NCBI GenBank assembly: GCA_010405405.1
Contig: MU004232.1
Coordinates: 2,127,481-2,191,480, forward strand
Reading direction: 5' to 3'
Length of the DNA: 64,000 nt
Source of the DNA: Microthyrium microscopicum
Lineage: Eukaryota
Shown: piece after piece, positions 49,251 to 61,200 of the stretch
How positions within the stretch are numbered: position 1 is the stretch's first letter
Layout: each line of letters begins with the position of its first letter
The notes under the pieces: model-generated
Database searches by the model: none
The model's input: only the letters and a program-made list of their open reading frames with translations
What the model was told of the DNA's origin: nothing
Translations under genes and position numbers: made by a program

Positions 49251-51086
49251 GTTGTGTGGTAAAGATTGTAGTTGTTAATGAGTGTAGATGATGAAAAGTG
49301 ATCTAAACACGGTTAGTGTTCAGCCTCGCCATTTGGAAGCCAATATAAACTTACATCACTGAGTCAAAGCGATTACTGTTGCTTGAGAATTAGATATAGT
49401 ATGATGTTTGCAAACCTAAAGAAGGACATCTCTCTTTTATAAACACTTGATAAGGGACATGCCCAATTGTACAGTCACACAACCACTTTCCTGCTCCTTC
49501 CAAAATTCGGAATTGAATTCCTTACTTGGACTTGGGTGAGCAACTTGTTACTGGTCAAGACGATAATTTTACGCCCGCAGTGTAGCTGAATGGTCTACAA
49601 ATAGTCCTCTAATGTCCGATCTTAGTTCGTCCCGATGGATTACCAGGGTGTAATGCCAGAGGCTCAGGGGCAGTATATTAAAGAATTGACCAGAAGACGT
49701 AGGTGACAGCGATTATCACCAGCTCTTGTCTTGACAGTCAACAGGCTATGTGCCTGTCGGCGGCGAAGCGACTGTTTTCTCCGTCGTCGTCAGGTCTGCA
49801 AGACTGTTGGCTGTGAAGAAGGCAACCACCTTCCTATGAAGGGAGGTCCTATGCCAGTTAATAAAAGATATTACAACAGCCACCCGAACGGTACGGCCCG
49901 CGCATTAGGCCCAAAATACGTGCTGAGGCTCGTATCTTATCAGGATTCCAGAAGGAGCAAGGGATTCTGTAGGAAGCTTGTTATTTAAGTGCTCAATCCG
50001 GGATGATTGTTTGCTCTAAAAGCAGGAATTTCCTCAGACCCCTACCGAAGTCATTCATTGCTCCATGTCCGACGCGAGAAGAAGAGTATGGAGGCGAACC
50101 TTTCGGAGATTAATTCAGGAATGCTGCCTCAATGCTATCTGACATCCAGGAGGAATTGCCTACCATGTTTACCTAGGTAGTTATCACATACTGTATCATC
50201 TTAAAATTCCCTGATAACTTCGTATTCATCGAAATGTAATCATGGTGATTCGGTGTTACTATCTCTTGTATGAAATTAGATCGTCTCATGACATCAAGTC
50301 TCTCAATAATCAACCGAGGAGGTCCCTATTTTTATTGCGTGGCGACTGGCACCGCCATCTATGCCAGCAATAATACACGTTGTCTTCCCTCGGCGAGCTC
50401 ACTTGTCACCTACTCGATCAGCATCGGACCTATCTTGAAGCGGTGGACGCGCATGTACCTTGACAACATCTTGCGTAAATATAGACTAGTTCCGATCGGG
50501 TCATTCGGAATACAAAGACTTTTGCACGAGCTATTAGTTTAAGAGCCGCAAAAGTTGAAATTCTGAGGGATCGCACAGATAGAGTGACAGTGGTGGCATT
50601 GAGGTTAGCAGGGCTAACCAGGTACGACCGAACGAACAATTTAAGAAGCGCCTCTGGTCGTAGTTTGTCTATTAGTTTATCGCTGGCAACTGGGTAATTT
50701 GAGCTTCAGAGTGAACTAGTAAGGAACCATGATCGACTTTGAGCCTGGTTCTTAAAATTATGCTCGTTCATATGAGGCCGTCATAATTCCGATCGTAATT
50801 ACAAATAGACAGCACTGACCTGTCGTTTGAAGATATCATAAATAGCTGTTGACGCATATGATTCAAAAAGCCCTTCTATATCAACTCTCCCTAGCAACTG
50901 CTGTATCCTATGCATATATTGGCTCCAATCGACTGCGGTTATCCCATTCTTCGAATCTTATTTTCTCATGGATCTCTAGCAAAAATAATAGTCATCCCTC
51001 ACAACATGCAAAGTAGAGCCTCGGAAAAACCATGTCCCTTCCATCGATGAGATTCAAGTTTGAGTCTTCCGTCCTGATATATTGCC

Positions 51087-51536
51087 TCATGTTGTCTTCG
51101 CTTTTCCTTGTTTCTTGAATCCCAATCCAGCAACGCATGCGATTCGAATTGCAAATGGCAGAACTGATGCGATTATGACGGCCCAATCATTTGGAGTCCA
51201 GAGAGATGTACTCCAGAACCTAGCAGGACCTCGATCTTCGTACAGACTCAACAGGTAGAATACATCAGAAAATAGACCCCCAACTTGAATCAGCCTCCAT
51301 AGATTGGGATCCTGGGTGTAATGCAGAACGATTGAATGCGATGCGAGTAGTAACCAAGCTCCAGTCTTTTGTGTATACAGTGGTTGAAGACCAGAGTGAT
51401 ATTTGATGTTTGGGGTTTCGGCTTCTGCCAGCGCATGTGCAAGAAAATAGGCCTGGAATGCACCGATAGAAGCTTGAATTGGTTCTATCCAGTTGAACAT
51501 GACCCGATAAGTCAATGGGATCTGGTTGGAGGCCAT
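51087..51536 (-). CDS. Small multi-pass membrane protein of unknown function
   Basis: 149-aa ATG ORF with about 4 hydrophobic segments (F.WIEPI...GA; W..IQ...L.SD; RIA...GLG). Confidence 0.7.
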   Translation of the reverse strand: MASNQIPLTYRVMFNWIEPIQASIGAFQAYFLAHALAEAETPNIKYHSGLQPLYTQKTGAWLLLASHSIVLHYTQDPNLWRLIQVGGLFSDVFYLLSLYEDRGPARFWSTSLWTPNDWAVIIASVLPFAIRIACVAGLGFKKQGKAKTT

Positions 51537-52146
51537 GTTGTGATAGGGCCCAGCTTTCTAGTGGCTATCCTATTCTTCAAGTCGCGTCTGATAGGAGGGT
51601 TGATGGGGGCCAAAAATTGCGATGATCGAGTGTCGAAGTAGGTTTTACCTGAGAACACCCAAGCGTCGAGGAGTTTGATGTTATTAGTAACAGGTAGTAA
51701 AGAGAGAGTAGCAGTAAAAAGGAGGAAGGAAGGAAAGGCACATGGTCCAAAACGTGTTGGACCCTTCCATGCTACCTAGGCTCGGGCCTTCCCTATACAA
51801 AAACGTGCAGTTCTTGCCCAATAATTCAGAAAAGTTATGTGTCTTGCTTGAACCAGTGAAAAATAGATAAAATCACGTTTCTCTATTTCAAGTCTAATTT
51901 AGAAAGGACAACTTCTACTTACAAAAAGAGTTATTGGAAGAGTTGTCTCCTGGCCCCAGGGTGGCGCACCAGCTTGATAAGCCACCTGCGCCACTGAGGT
52001 TTTGTCGCGCCTGCTTGCCTGTTTAGCATGTCCTTCAACCAAACTCTTAGATTTCTTGTCCTTTCAACTTCCATCAACGTTTCATCCCCACAACACATTT
52101 TCATCATTTATTCTGCTCTAACTGACAAATACATCATACATCAACT

Positions 52147-53837
52147 ATGGCAGGCGGCCATGATGCTACTGGAACCCCTCCTCCTGTGGAGAAAGGCTTC
52201 GCGACCATGGCCACTCTACGGTAGGCCTTATTTCTTTTACTTGAAAACACTTAGGCTAATTTTTCAAGCGTTGGAGTCAAAGCTATGGTGGAAAAAGATG
52301 GTGAAAAGCGGAAAGCAGAAATCCTCTCCATCCAACAACGCAAGGGAAAAACTACATTCTAGTAAGCTTGTTCCGGACATTCAATAAACAAGTATTAATT
52401 CGAATAGTGTGCATTATGAGGAATTCAACAAACGTTTAGATGGTAAGTCCTTATACGGTTCTGCTCATCAGCGTGAGCTGACTTCCACTAGAATGGATAG
52501 CAGCGGAGCGAATCGACCTTTCTCAGGAGGTCGAATGGCCTGCACCGGATAAGGCTGATAAGAAGAAGGCCGGAGCCCAGCAGACCAAGGCACAGCAAAG
52601 CAAAAAAGCGGAACCTCCCAATAAGAATCTCAAGCGTCAAAGATCAAAACTCGACCGAGAATTCTCAGGCACTCCGGAGTCCTCAGCTAGTAACATCAAC
52701 AAGCCTCCCAAGTCTTCCAAAGCTGGCGGGAAAGAGAACGATGAGCAAGCGACATCTGCAGTCGACACACCCAAGGGTGAAGATGACGACGACCTCGTCG
52801 ATGTTAACGCTGCTGCAGCTGCCGCTCAAGGCACAGTCGCTGAAAATTACTCCAGAGAAGAGGAGATCGAAAAACTTCGAACTTCAGGATCCATGACACA
52901 GAACCAAACTGAGATATCGCGAGTTCGCAATCTCGAGAAGATTCAAATGGGAAAAGCAGAGATTGAACCTTGGTACTTTTCGCCATATCCCCAAGAGTTT
53001 GGCGATGCCGATATGGTCTACATTTGTGAGTTCTGCCTCAGCTACTTTGGCGAGATGAAGCAATTCGAACGACATCGAGCAAAATGTACTCTCGCTCATC
53101 CACCTGGTAATGAGATATACCGCGATGATTTCCTGTCATTCTTTGAAATCGATGGCCGAAGACAACGAACATGGTGCCGAAATCTCTGTCTCCTTTCAAA
53201 GTTATTCTTGGATCACAAAACCCTCTACTACGACGTGGACCCATTTTTATTCTACTGTATGTGTACCCGAGACGAATACGGCTGCCATCTTGTAGGGTAT
53301 TTCTCCAAAGAAAAAGAGTCTGCAGAAGGCTACAACGTCGCTTGTATCTTAACACTACCGCAATATCAACGAAAAGGTTTTGGTAGACTACTCATCCAAT
53401 TTTCCTACGAGCTCTCACGACGAGAAAACAAGCTCGGTAGCCCAGAAAAGCCACTCTCCGATCTAGGTCTTCTCGGCTACCGCGCTTACTGGCAAGAGAC
53501 TATCGTTGAAATGCTCATGGATGGCCGAGCGGAAGGAAACATTGAGGATCTGGCGACCTCAGCTGCCATGACCACGAATGATGTTCTGCACACACTACAG
53601 AATCTGAACATGATACGTACATCGGTAAGTTCCTCTTATGCCCATATCGAAGGCGGAGATACTCATTCTTTTCAAAAGCGAAATCAACATGTCATTGTCC
53701 TCACCGATGCAGTTGTACAGCAGTACGAAAAATCAAAGGAGAAGGAGAAGTTGAAACCGAAACACAACATTGATGCTACGAATCTCGTTTGGAAACCTCC
53801 TGTTTTCACGGCGTCATCAAGAACGTGGAATTGGTAA
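52147..53837 (+). CDS. ESA1: MYST-family histone acetyltransferase (NuA4 catalytic subunit)
   Basis: Chromo-barrel [15 protein letters not shown] across exons; [55 protein letters not shown]; 4 introns. Confidence 0.97.
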
Positions 53838-54228
53838 AGCAGGCTGCATGGGCCTGATGGTGCGGAGTATTAGATTTCCTTACTACATGATGATACCCCT
53901 TATTTTTCTCGAAGTCATTCTTTTACCGTTACAATCAAACAAGAGCTAATAAGCATACGCCACATGAGAGTACACTTTTGCCAGTATAGTATTCCATTCA
54001 AATTCGAATCCAATCTCATCAATATACAAATAATGCTACAGCGCCAACCATCTTCTCCGGGGTATCATCATATCATCGCGATCAATGCAACGACCAATAT
54101 AGCAGGCGAAAAATCCCATCCTCTACACTCCATACCATGCTGATGCCATCCTAACCTATCCCAGCCAACCCAACGCGCGATATCCAAAATCAAAATATCA
54201 TCATGTCGTAAAACCCTCTAAGCATCCA

Positions 54229-55848
54229 TTATGCTCTCTTCCTGGCCTCAATCGCCTGTAGGAACGCGCCATAGCTCCACGTCAAATGCGTCGCTCCACG
54301 CTCAAAGCCCGTCACACGATCAAATTGCTCCGACATACTCCCATCGCCCGACGTATGTGTTCTCACTACGGCCAGGAAAGAATCTCCGGCACTCTTAAGG
54401 CGCTGTAATGCTGCCTTGAACTCTTCGCTGTCTGCGCCATATTCCCTATCTGCCTGCACGTCCATCTTCGGTAGAAGTGCTTGCCAGAAAGCGACTCCAC
54501 GTAGTCCAAATTTCAGGCTGCGGGTCTGTTGAAGGTGCGTAGATGTGCGGAACAGGATCTCGGATACGGAAGACGTGCACAAGAACCACGGATTGCCGCC
54601 AGCAGGTGATGTCCCGTATCCATCGTAGATGTCCTCCGGATAGCGACCCACACCCGTACCAGCAAGTTTGTCAAAGTCGTCCGTGGAAGGAGGCGTAGGT
54701 ACTGCATTTACAGGAAAGCGATAGCGCTGATCTTTAACAAGCGCAAGCAGTGACGAGAGCACTTCATCACTATACGGCGGAAACGGACTAGCGCTAACAT
54801 CCTCCTCATTGCTGCCATGAATAGCGCCCAACAGAAGTCCGCAGTCCAGTCCAGACCTCGAAGAATCCAACGTCTCGACAAGATGTCCCTTCTCATTTGA
54901 CCAGAATGTCTGCGTGAGCTCGGAGAGCGCATCAGCTTGCGCATGATACCAGCGCGCCGCACCAGGATCGTTGAATGCAGATGCGAGATGTGCGCCTTCC
55001 CGGAGGGCGCGGAGTTGAACCATGGCGGTGAAGAAGTGGAGGCCTTGGACTTCTTCCCAGAGATCGAAACCGGGGGCGGACCAGTATTTGGCGACGTATT
55101 CGAGATCTGCTTTGACGACGCTGTGGGCGGGTAATGCGCCATCGTAGAGATCGGCGAAGGGGTTGTTGTCTGCGCCACTGGATGTCCAGAGTGCTGGGTG
55201 GGATGCGTTGTATGTTCTTAGATAGGCCATTAATGTGAGCGCTCGGAGAGCTGGCCCGTCACGTTGTGGTCGACCCCAGTTGCCGGTGAATGGTGTGCCA
55301 TCGACCATGAATTTTGGCTCGCCTAAACCAGAGAGGTCGGAGAAGTCACCGGATGGGTTTGGGGTTTGCTGGATTTTAGTGGAGAGTTTTGCGTATGATT
55401 CTAGAATTGGGACGATGGTTGATGTGGAGAGAACTGATGATGAGTTTTGCTGGTAAAAGTTTACAAGTGTTGATAGTGTGATTCCAGCATCTCGAATCCC
55501 TAATTTTCACTTCATCAGCACAACTATCGTGAGATTTTGAGATTTTGACATACATTGGGAATAATAGTCAGGGTGCGATTGTGACGGACTGGCGATTACT
55601 GTGCCAGGGGCAGCATTTTTGGTATTCTTGCCACCAGGGGCGACATTATCAAGCAGGTTGGCCAGAGACTGTTTCTCTTGACGTTCTATCCAGGCATCCA
55701 ACGACAATTGTGGTCCAAAATCCGCTGCTAATTCATGATATGCGCCGCTCAAGAGAATCTGAGCCGTTCGCTGAGGCACGGGTATGCTCCTTGCGAATGC
55801 ATAGAGAATGAAATACGCCACACAGACGAGTGGTATTATCGGAATCAT
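54229..55848 (-). CDS. Glucoamylase (GH15) without a starch-binding domain
   Basis: VIASPS...PDY..Q|WIRD, GLGEPKF.VDG, WGRPQRDGPALR, DLWEE, GRYPED.YDG, MSEQFDR, LTWSY; intron 55500-55553. Confidence 0.94.
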
Positions 55849-57136
55849 GGTGTTCTTTTCAGTATGCAGAATGCAAGCAGAAGTTGACGTTAATGCACAG
55901 ATCTAGAGATTACAGACTAGATTCTAATACGGGGCAAGTGCCCAAGAGTGTACGGGTTCAAGAAGAGAAAGAAGTGAATCAAAACAGCAACTAAAATTTT
56001 CAAAAGTAAAAATCTGAGACGACACCATCGTCATATAAGCTCTCCCACAAACACCAGGCGAACCCTGGCATCAGAAAAAGTCCAGTTGGCCATGTGGTCC
56101 CGTCAGAGCAACGATGACAGGCAAGGACACGATGGCATCATGCAATACTCGCGCGCCCGTCTCACATAGCGGCCTTCTTAGCAGTATTGGGCAGCAAAAG
56201 AGTGGGCAGCGGCAAACACCATCGGGGTCGTCTCCGAGGTAAAGAACAAGCGTGTCTAAGCCAGATTGGGCATCGCAAGCAGCAGCGCAGACGATCCGTT
56301 GGAGCAGAGAAAGCTAGTTATTGGATAGAAGATTAGTGGCAGATGTTTCGGAGTGAGAGGTTGTTGGAGCGCTGAAGGGCTTGTGGGCTTGTGACGTTGA
56401 CAGCATGGCGCGTGGACAAAAAGTTGGGGGCTCGCGTGACGGAATGATGGAACATATGCACGCATAAAAGTACCTGGATCTGGTATAAGGTATTTAGGAT
56501 GCTTGGATTGGATCCAGCAGTTTGGATTCGGTTCAGAGGCCTGGCGGATCGTATGGAGCCTCACCGACTTCGGATGACCGGAGAATTTCAATCGTTGCAA
56601 ATACGAGACTCTGTGCAATGCCATTCTAGGTACTCCGTATACGCAGTATGTTACACGGGAGAAAGGCGGTAATGTGAACTTCTCGATGTTATCTTGACCC
56701 TGGTTGTAGGATGCATTTTTGGTGATAAAGTTGGCAATTCGTTGGAGAAGAGATGCAAGAAAAACAGACGTCACTGGGTGATAAAGAGGGTCCGTGTTAT
56801 AATGCCCACTGGTTTTGGCGGGATCATGAATGCCTAGCGGACTGCACTTTAACGGAGTCTGTAGCCAATACTCCCGTTGACCATCGCACGATTTCGCGCA
56901 TAATCCTTCCACCAAAAAAACTCGACTCCTTCACATGTCAATCATTCTCGTCTTACTCCTGCATACCGGTACTACTTCTCATCAAGTACAACTCTTCCGA
57001 AATACCCCGGCTCTTTTCCCACCAGTCGTCTTGGGAACCATCAAGCATTATTCTCATGTTTGACTCGTGATGAGCACCAACAAGTCGCCATCTTTAAGAG
57101 CAGGGATAAGTTTTACCTGGGTATATTGGCCTGGAA

Positions 57137-57910
57137 ATGGCCAATATTGATGAACAGATCGTGAGCAGAACCGCTCTATTCGGTTCGTCGCCCAGGGAAG
57201 GTAGTATTTCATTGTCAGATGCCCAGGAGACTTTGCGGCAGGCACTAGATGTGGAATTCGAGGTCAAGGCAACCACAGACACTGAGCTCATGCCTGGAAA
57301 TGGTTTTGAGAATGAGATATCTGATGACGCTGAAATTGAATTCCGCTTGTTTGCCCATGGACCATCAAAAATAGCCAAAATCCGCATTTCATCTCCAGAC
57401 GACGATGATAAACCACCTGGCTTTGTGATTCCTGACCGTCCACACGACTATTACTTCCAAGATGAACTCTCTGAAGGCCAAAAAGCGCAGTTAAGCGCAA
57501 TCACTTTGACTGGTGATCAAGTCAAGTGTCTCTCACAAACGACCTGGACTGGATGTGCACATCCATGGCGAGTAATGAAAATTACTCTAAACGGGAGTCG
57601 CCAGGGACAGCAGCTGCTAGACCATAGTGCGGTTTCCCCAAGTTTTGATGCTACCCAAAAGAAGGCTCGTCCCAACAAGAAGGTGCGAATTGCAAGACGA
57701 AAGGCGCTAGTGGTTAAACAGGAAATGGCCGAGAAGAAGAAGTTGCAAGAGAATGACAAAGAAGCTGCTTTGCGAGAGAAGAAGATCCGTCGCAATAGGG
57801 AGAAGAAGCTTAAGAGGAAGGCAAAGGATAAGGCTAAGAAATTGGCAGATGTGCCAGATGTGCCAGAAGTGCCAGAAGATTCTCGGTCTGCGAGCTCTGA
57901 TGATACTTGA
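57137..57910 (+). CDS. Conserved fungal protein, DUF2011-like (basic C-terminus); start uncertain
   Basis: EFRLFA, IRISSP, RP.DYYF, PWRV, RPNKKVRI, K/R-rich coiled coil. Confidence 0.7.
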   Translation: MANIDEQIVSRTALFGSSPREGSISLSDAQETLRQALDVEFEVKATTDTELMPGNGFENEISDDAEIEFRLFAHGPSKIAKIRISSPDDDDKPPGFVIPDRPHDYYFQDELSEGQKAQLSAITLTGDQVKCLSQTTWTGCAHPWRVMKITLNGSRQGQQLLDHSAVSPSFDATQKKARPNKKVRIARRKALVVKQEMAEKKKLQENDKEAALREKKIRRNREKKLKRKAKDKAKKLADVPDVPEVPEDSRSASSDDT

Positions 57911-58261
57911 AGCATACCAGATTCAATAACGACACCAAAGGGATATCTAGGTCCTCAAGAATCAAGCGGCTATCATTTCTATGTATTGTATGTGCTATCA
58001 GCAATCATGTTGTAATTTTGGAATGGTGCTGGCGGCCATCAACTACTCTTGACGCAGACTGTGGCCAGTGTTCTGGAAGTCGTGGTCAACTCGAAATTAT
58101 GTACATGCGTACTTGCCAAAGGAAATGATAAGCGGAAAGAACAGAAAACATCAACAACCTTCGATCTAAACATATCCAAAGCTTCTAGTGCCTTTACCAA
58201 ACAGCATCATCATTCTACATGCACCCATCGTTTACATCTCTACTTTCGCATACTTATCAAC

Positions 58262-61200
58262 ATGGCCAATCCATTCGTTCCAAAGCCCAATGAACCTGAT
58301 CCTATGGACACTGATCCCAAGACTGTAAAGACTGAAGAGGAAATCAACCACGAGGTCTGGAAAAGTCTGCAAGAGGAATTCGATCGCGAAGAGGCAGAGC
58401 TACTACAAGCAAAATATTCCGCCGAAGAAAGAGAAGCCGCCGAAATCCTTGACGACCTCAAGTCTTCTCCTCCAAGCGATGCGTCTTCAACAGCGGCTGG
58501 AGATTTTCAGTCTCAGCCTTCCTCTGTTTCTCTGCCTCCTCTGCTTCCTAAACCTCCAGCTCCAGAGGCTTTCGTCCCATCAGGACAATCTACTTCGGGA
58601 CCTGCAGGTATAGTTCCTAGAGCTTCAGAGGATCAGAAATCGAGACTGTTAAGGATATTGAATGGTGGGCCCTCGACTGCTGGATCTTCAGCTACTGGCC
58701 CTTCAGTTACTGGACCTTCAGCTGCTGGACTTTTAGCTGGTGAACCAAAGCCAATTGAGTCAAAGCCCACTGAATCAAAGCCCACTGAGCCAAAGCCTAC
58801 TGAACCAAAGCCAACTGAGTCAAAGCCTACTGAACCAAAGCCTACTGAGCCTCCAACACCTGGACCTTCAATATTAAGACCAAAGCCTCTACCGAAGCCT
58901 TTGCCAGCTCTCTCACCCCTTGAAGTCGAAGTTTCACTAGCTCCTGAAAAAATTCTTGAGCCATCGCCAGTTCAGATTTGGCTTCGTGGAAATGAAGCTC
59001 ATAACCGATTGAATGAACCTCAAAATGAACCTCAAAAGAAGGCTCGAACTCGACCGCTTCGATCACTTCGTCCTGCCACTCTCATAGAAACCCAGGGTAT
59101 AAAGCCTACTGGTGTCGGCTGCGATCTGGACGATCCAAAGAGAAGCATCAACGACTACTTGGACAAGGATGCACTCGACGATGCCCCCCAGCCATTCCGC
59201 TTCCAAGCCGAAGAATCATATTTCTCAATCACACGTGGTACTTGTGCTCCAGAACCATTGCTCAAGGTCAGAGCGAATAAGGAGAAAGGTAGTAAAAAGC
59301 GGGTCATCTATGACTCGCCAGAAGAAACCGACCAAGTAGATAATTCTGGACAAGCAGGCAGTTCTGAACAAGCAGACAGTTCCGAACAAGAAGATAGCTC
59401 TAAGGAGCATGGTACCTCTCGCAATACTGAAGCAGTCGCAGCCCAAATGAAGGCCGACGAGCAGATGGCACGATATCTGCAGGCTGAAGAAGAGATGGAA
59501 GCCGAAGAAGAAGAGAAAGCTAGAGACGAAAGGAGTGTACCTGTCAGCGCAATAGCTATATCCCAGGAGGAGTCGAGTTCTAACCATCGCTCGCGATCTT
59601 CATCGCCAGTGAACGAAAGGGGACAGCCGATATGTTCTAGTCCAATAACGGAGTAAGTTTTAACTCTGTTCACATTACAGCGCGGGGGTGGAAGGGCTCA
59701 AATCGTGCCGATCCTTTGACTTCACGATCGAACATAACATGAGCCTTGATCACCCCAATTATTCTTGCGGCACGAGAACATTACCGTTATATTCACTGAC
59801 CATTGTTAGCTCACAATCAAGCCGTCATGCCTGGAAAGCCCGAAGCGCAATCAAAGTCGGTCTACCCCCTGGGTGTCATCCAGAGCTTGCGTCATCTCTG
59901 TTGGACCTTATGTACGCACAAGATGAGAAACAGAATAGTGAAATGGCGCAAGAGTTGCAAGCAGAGCTGGAAGACCATGAGCGACTACTTGAACAGCCCG
60001 AAAACCTTCGTGGCAACCACGTCAAAACTCAAGTGGGCACCGCAGAGCTTGGAAAACAATTTTGTTCAATTCTGGCAACGAAAGATTGCCACGCTCTCCT
60101 TGCCCATACTGCAGACTATCTCAACGGCTTGGATGATGCTGAAAGTCTTCATGTTTTACATGTCGAGTAAGTTCCGCACTTGAAGTAATTTGTTTCTTTA
60201 GTACTAACAGCCCCGAGCGAATGCGCTGAGGTATTCGTCCTCCTCACAGGTCTTTGGCTGCGACATAAGTACCAGATGGTGCAGAAATGTCTAGTCGTCG
60301 TGAGCATGGCCGCAGACGACGACTCAGGCCATGAAAGAGAAAGCGAGCTAGTCAATCATTTCCGGAGTTTGTTTGACGTCGAGACCGCAGTCGGTGATAT
60401 GGTAAGCCTTCTATACAGCAACATTTCCATCGGCCTTTCGATTGCTGGATACTGTCTTTTGACTACGTACCTTGCCTTGGTGGGCTCTGTCTCCAATAGT
60501 CAACGCGCCTTATGTCCCTATAAACTCACCATACAATACCAAGCAATCTAGGCTAACAGTGGCTAGACCTTACACAGCAATTCTTCCCTCACCATGCATC
60601 TATTGATAGTCCGCCCCTCGGGTCCTGAGGATGATTGGCCTGGACTTCCTCGAGAAAAGCCGACTGTAAACAGAAGCTCTGGTTCCTGCGCCGCTAGTTC
60701 CTCGTCTTCACAAGACAATCGGGAGTCGCGAATCAATTCCCTGCCCCATACAAGCGAAAATAAGCCACCCTACCGTCCGCAATTCAGTAACAATCGTAAG
60801 GACGTTAGCAGATTGATATGTGTGCTCACGTATCTCTGCGGCTCCAACAAACTTGGTGGCCCTAGCTCAATCATATGGCATGAGCTTGGAATCCTAAGGG
60901 TCCTTTTCGGCCTTCTGCAAGCTCAGGTGGTTGGAGATTCGCAACTCATTTGGAAATCGCTTATTCTTCAAAACCAGTTCAATCTAACCAGGGACACCAT
61001 CATCAACAACACGTCTCGCCATCGGTTTCACGACGAAACTTTGGAATGGTTCTTGCGAATAATCCGATACTTGTCCATTGCTACATTCATCACAGACACT
61101 TCTACCGTGGCCGAACCTACCGCATTCGTCAGCCTCCCACTACTTCCAGAAGTCTTGTTTTCTCAAGCACCAACACTGTATTTGAGCCAGGCTCTCAATT

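Noticed and set aside
49260..51080. 1.8-kb gene-free interval, possible transposon relic
   Set aside because: No terminal repeats, transposase/RT motifs or clear RIP-like composition visible
56256..56915. 219-aa minus-strand ORF
   Set aside because: Non-ATG start, no motif, lies in the divergent promoter region; probably spurious
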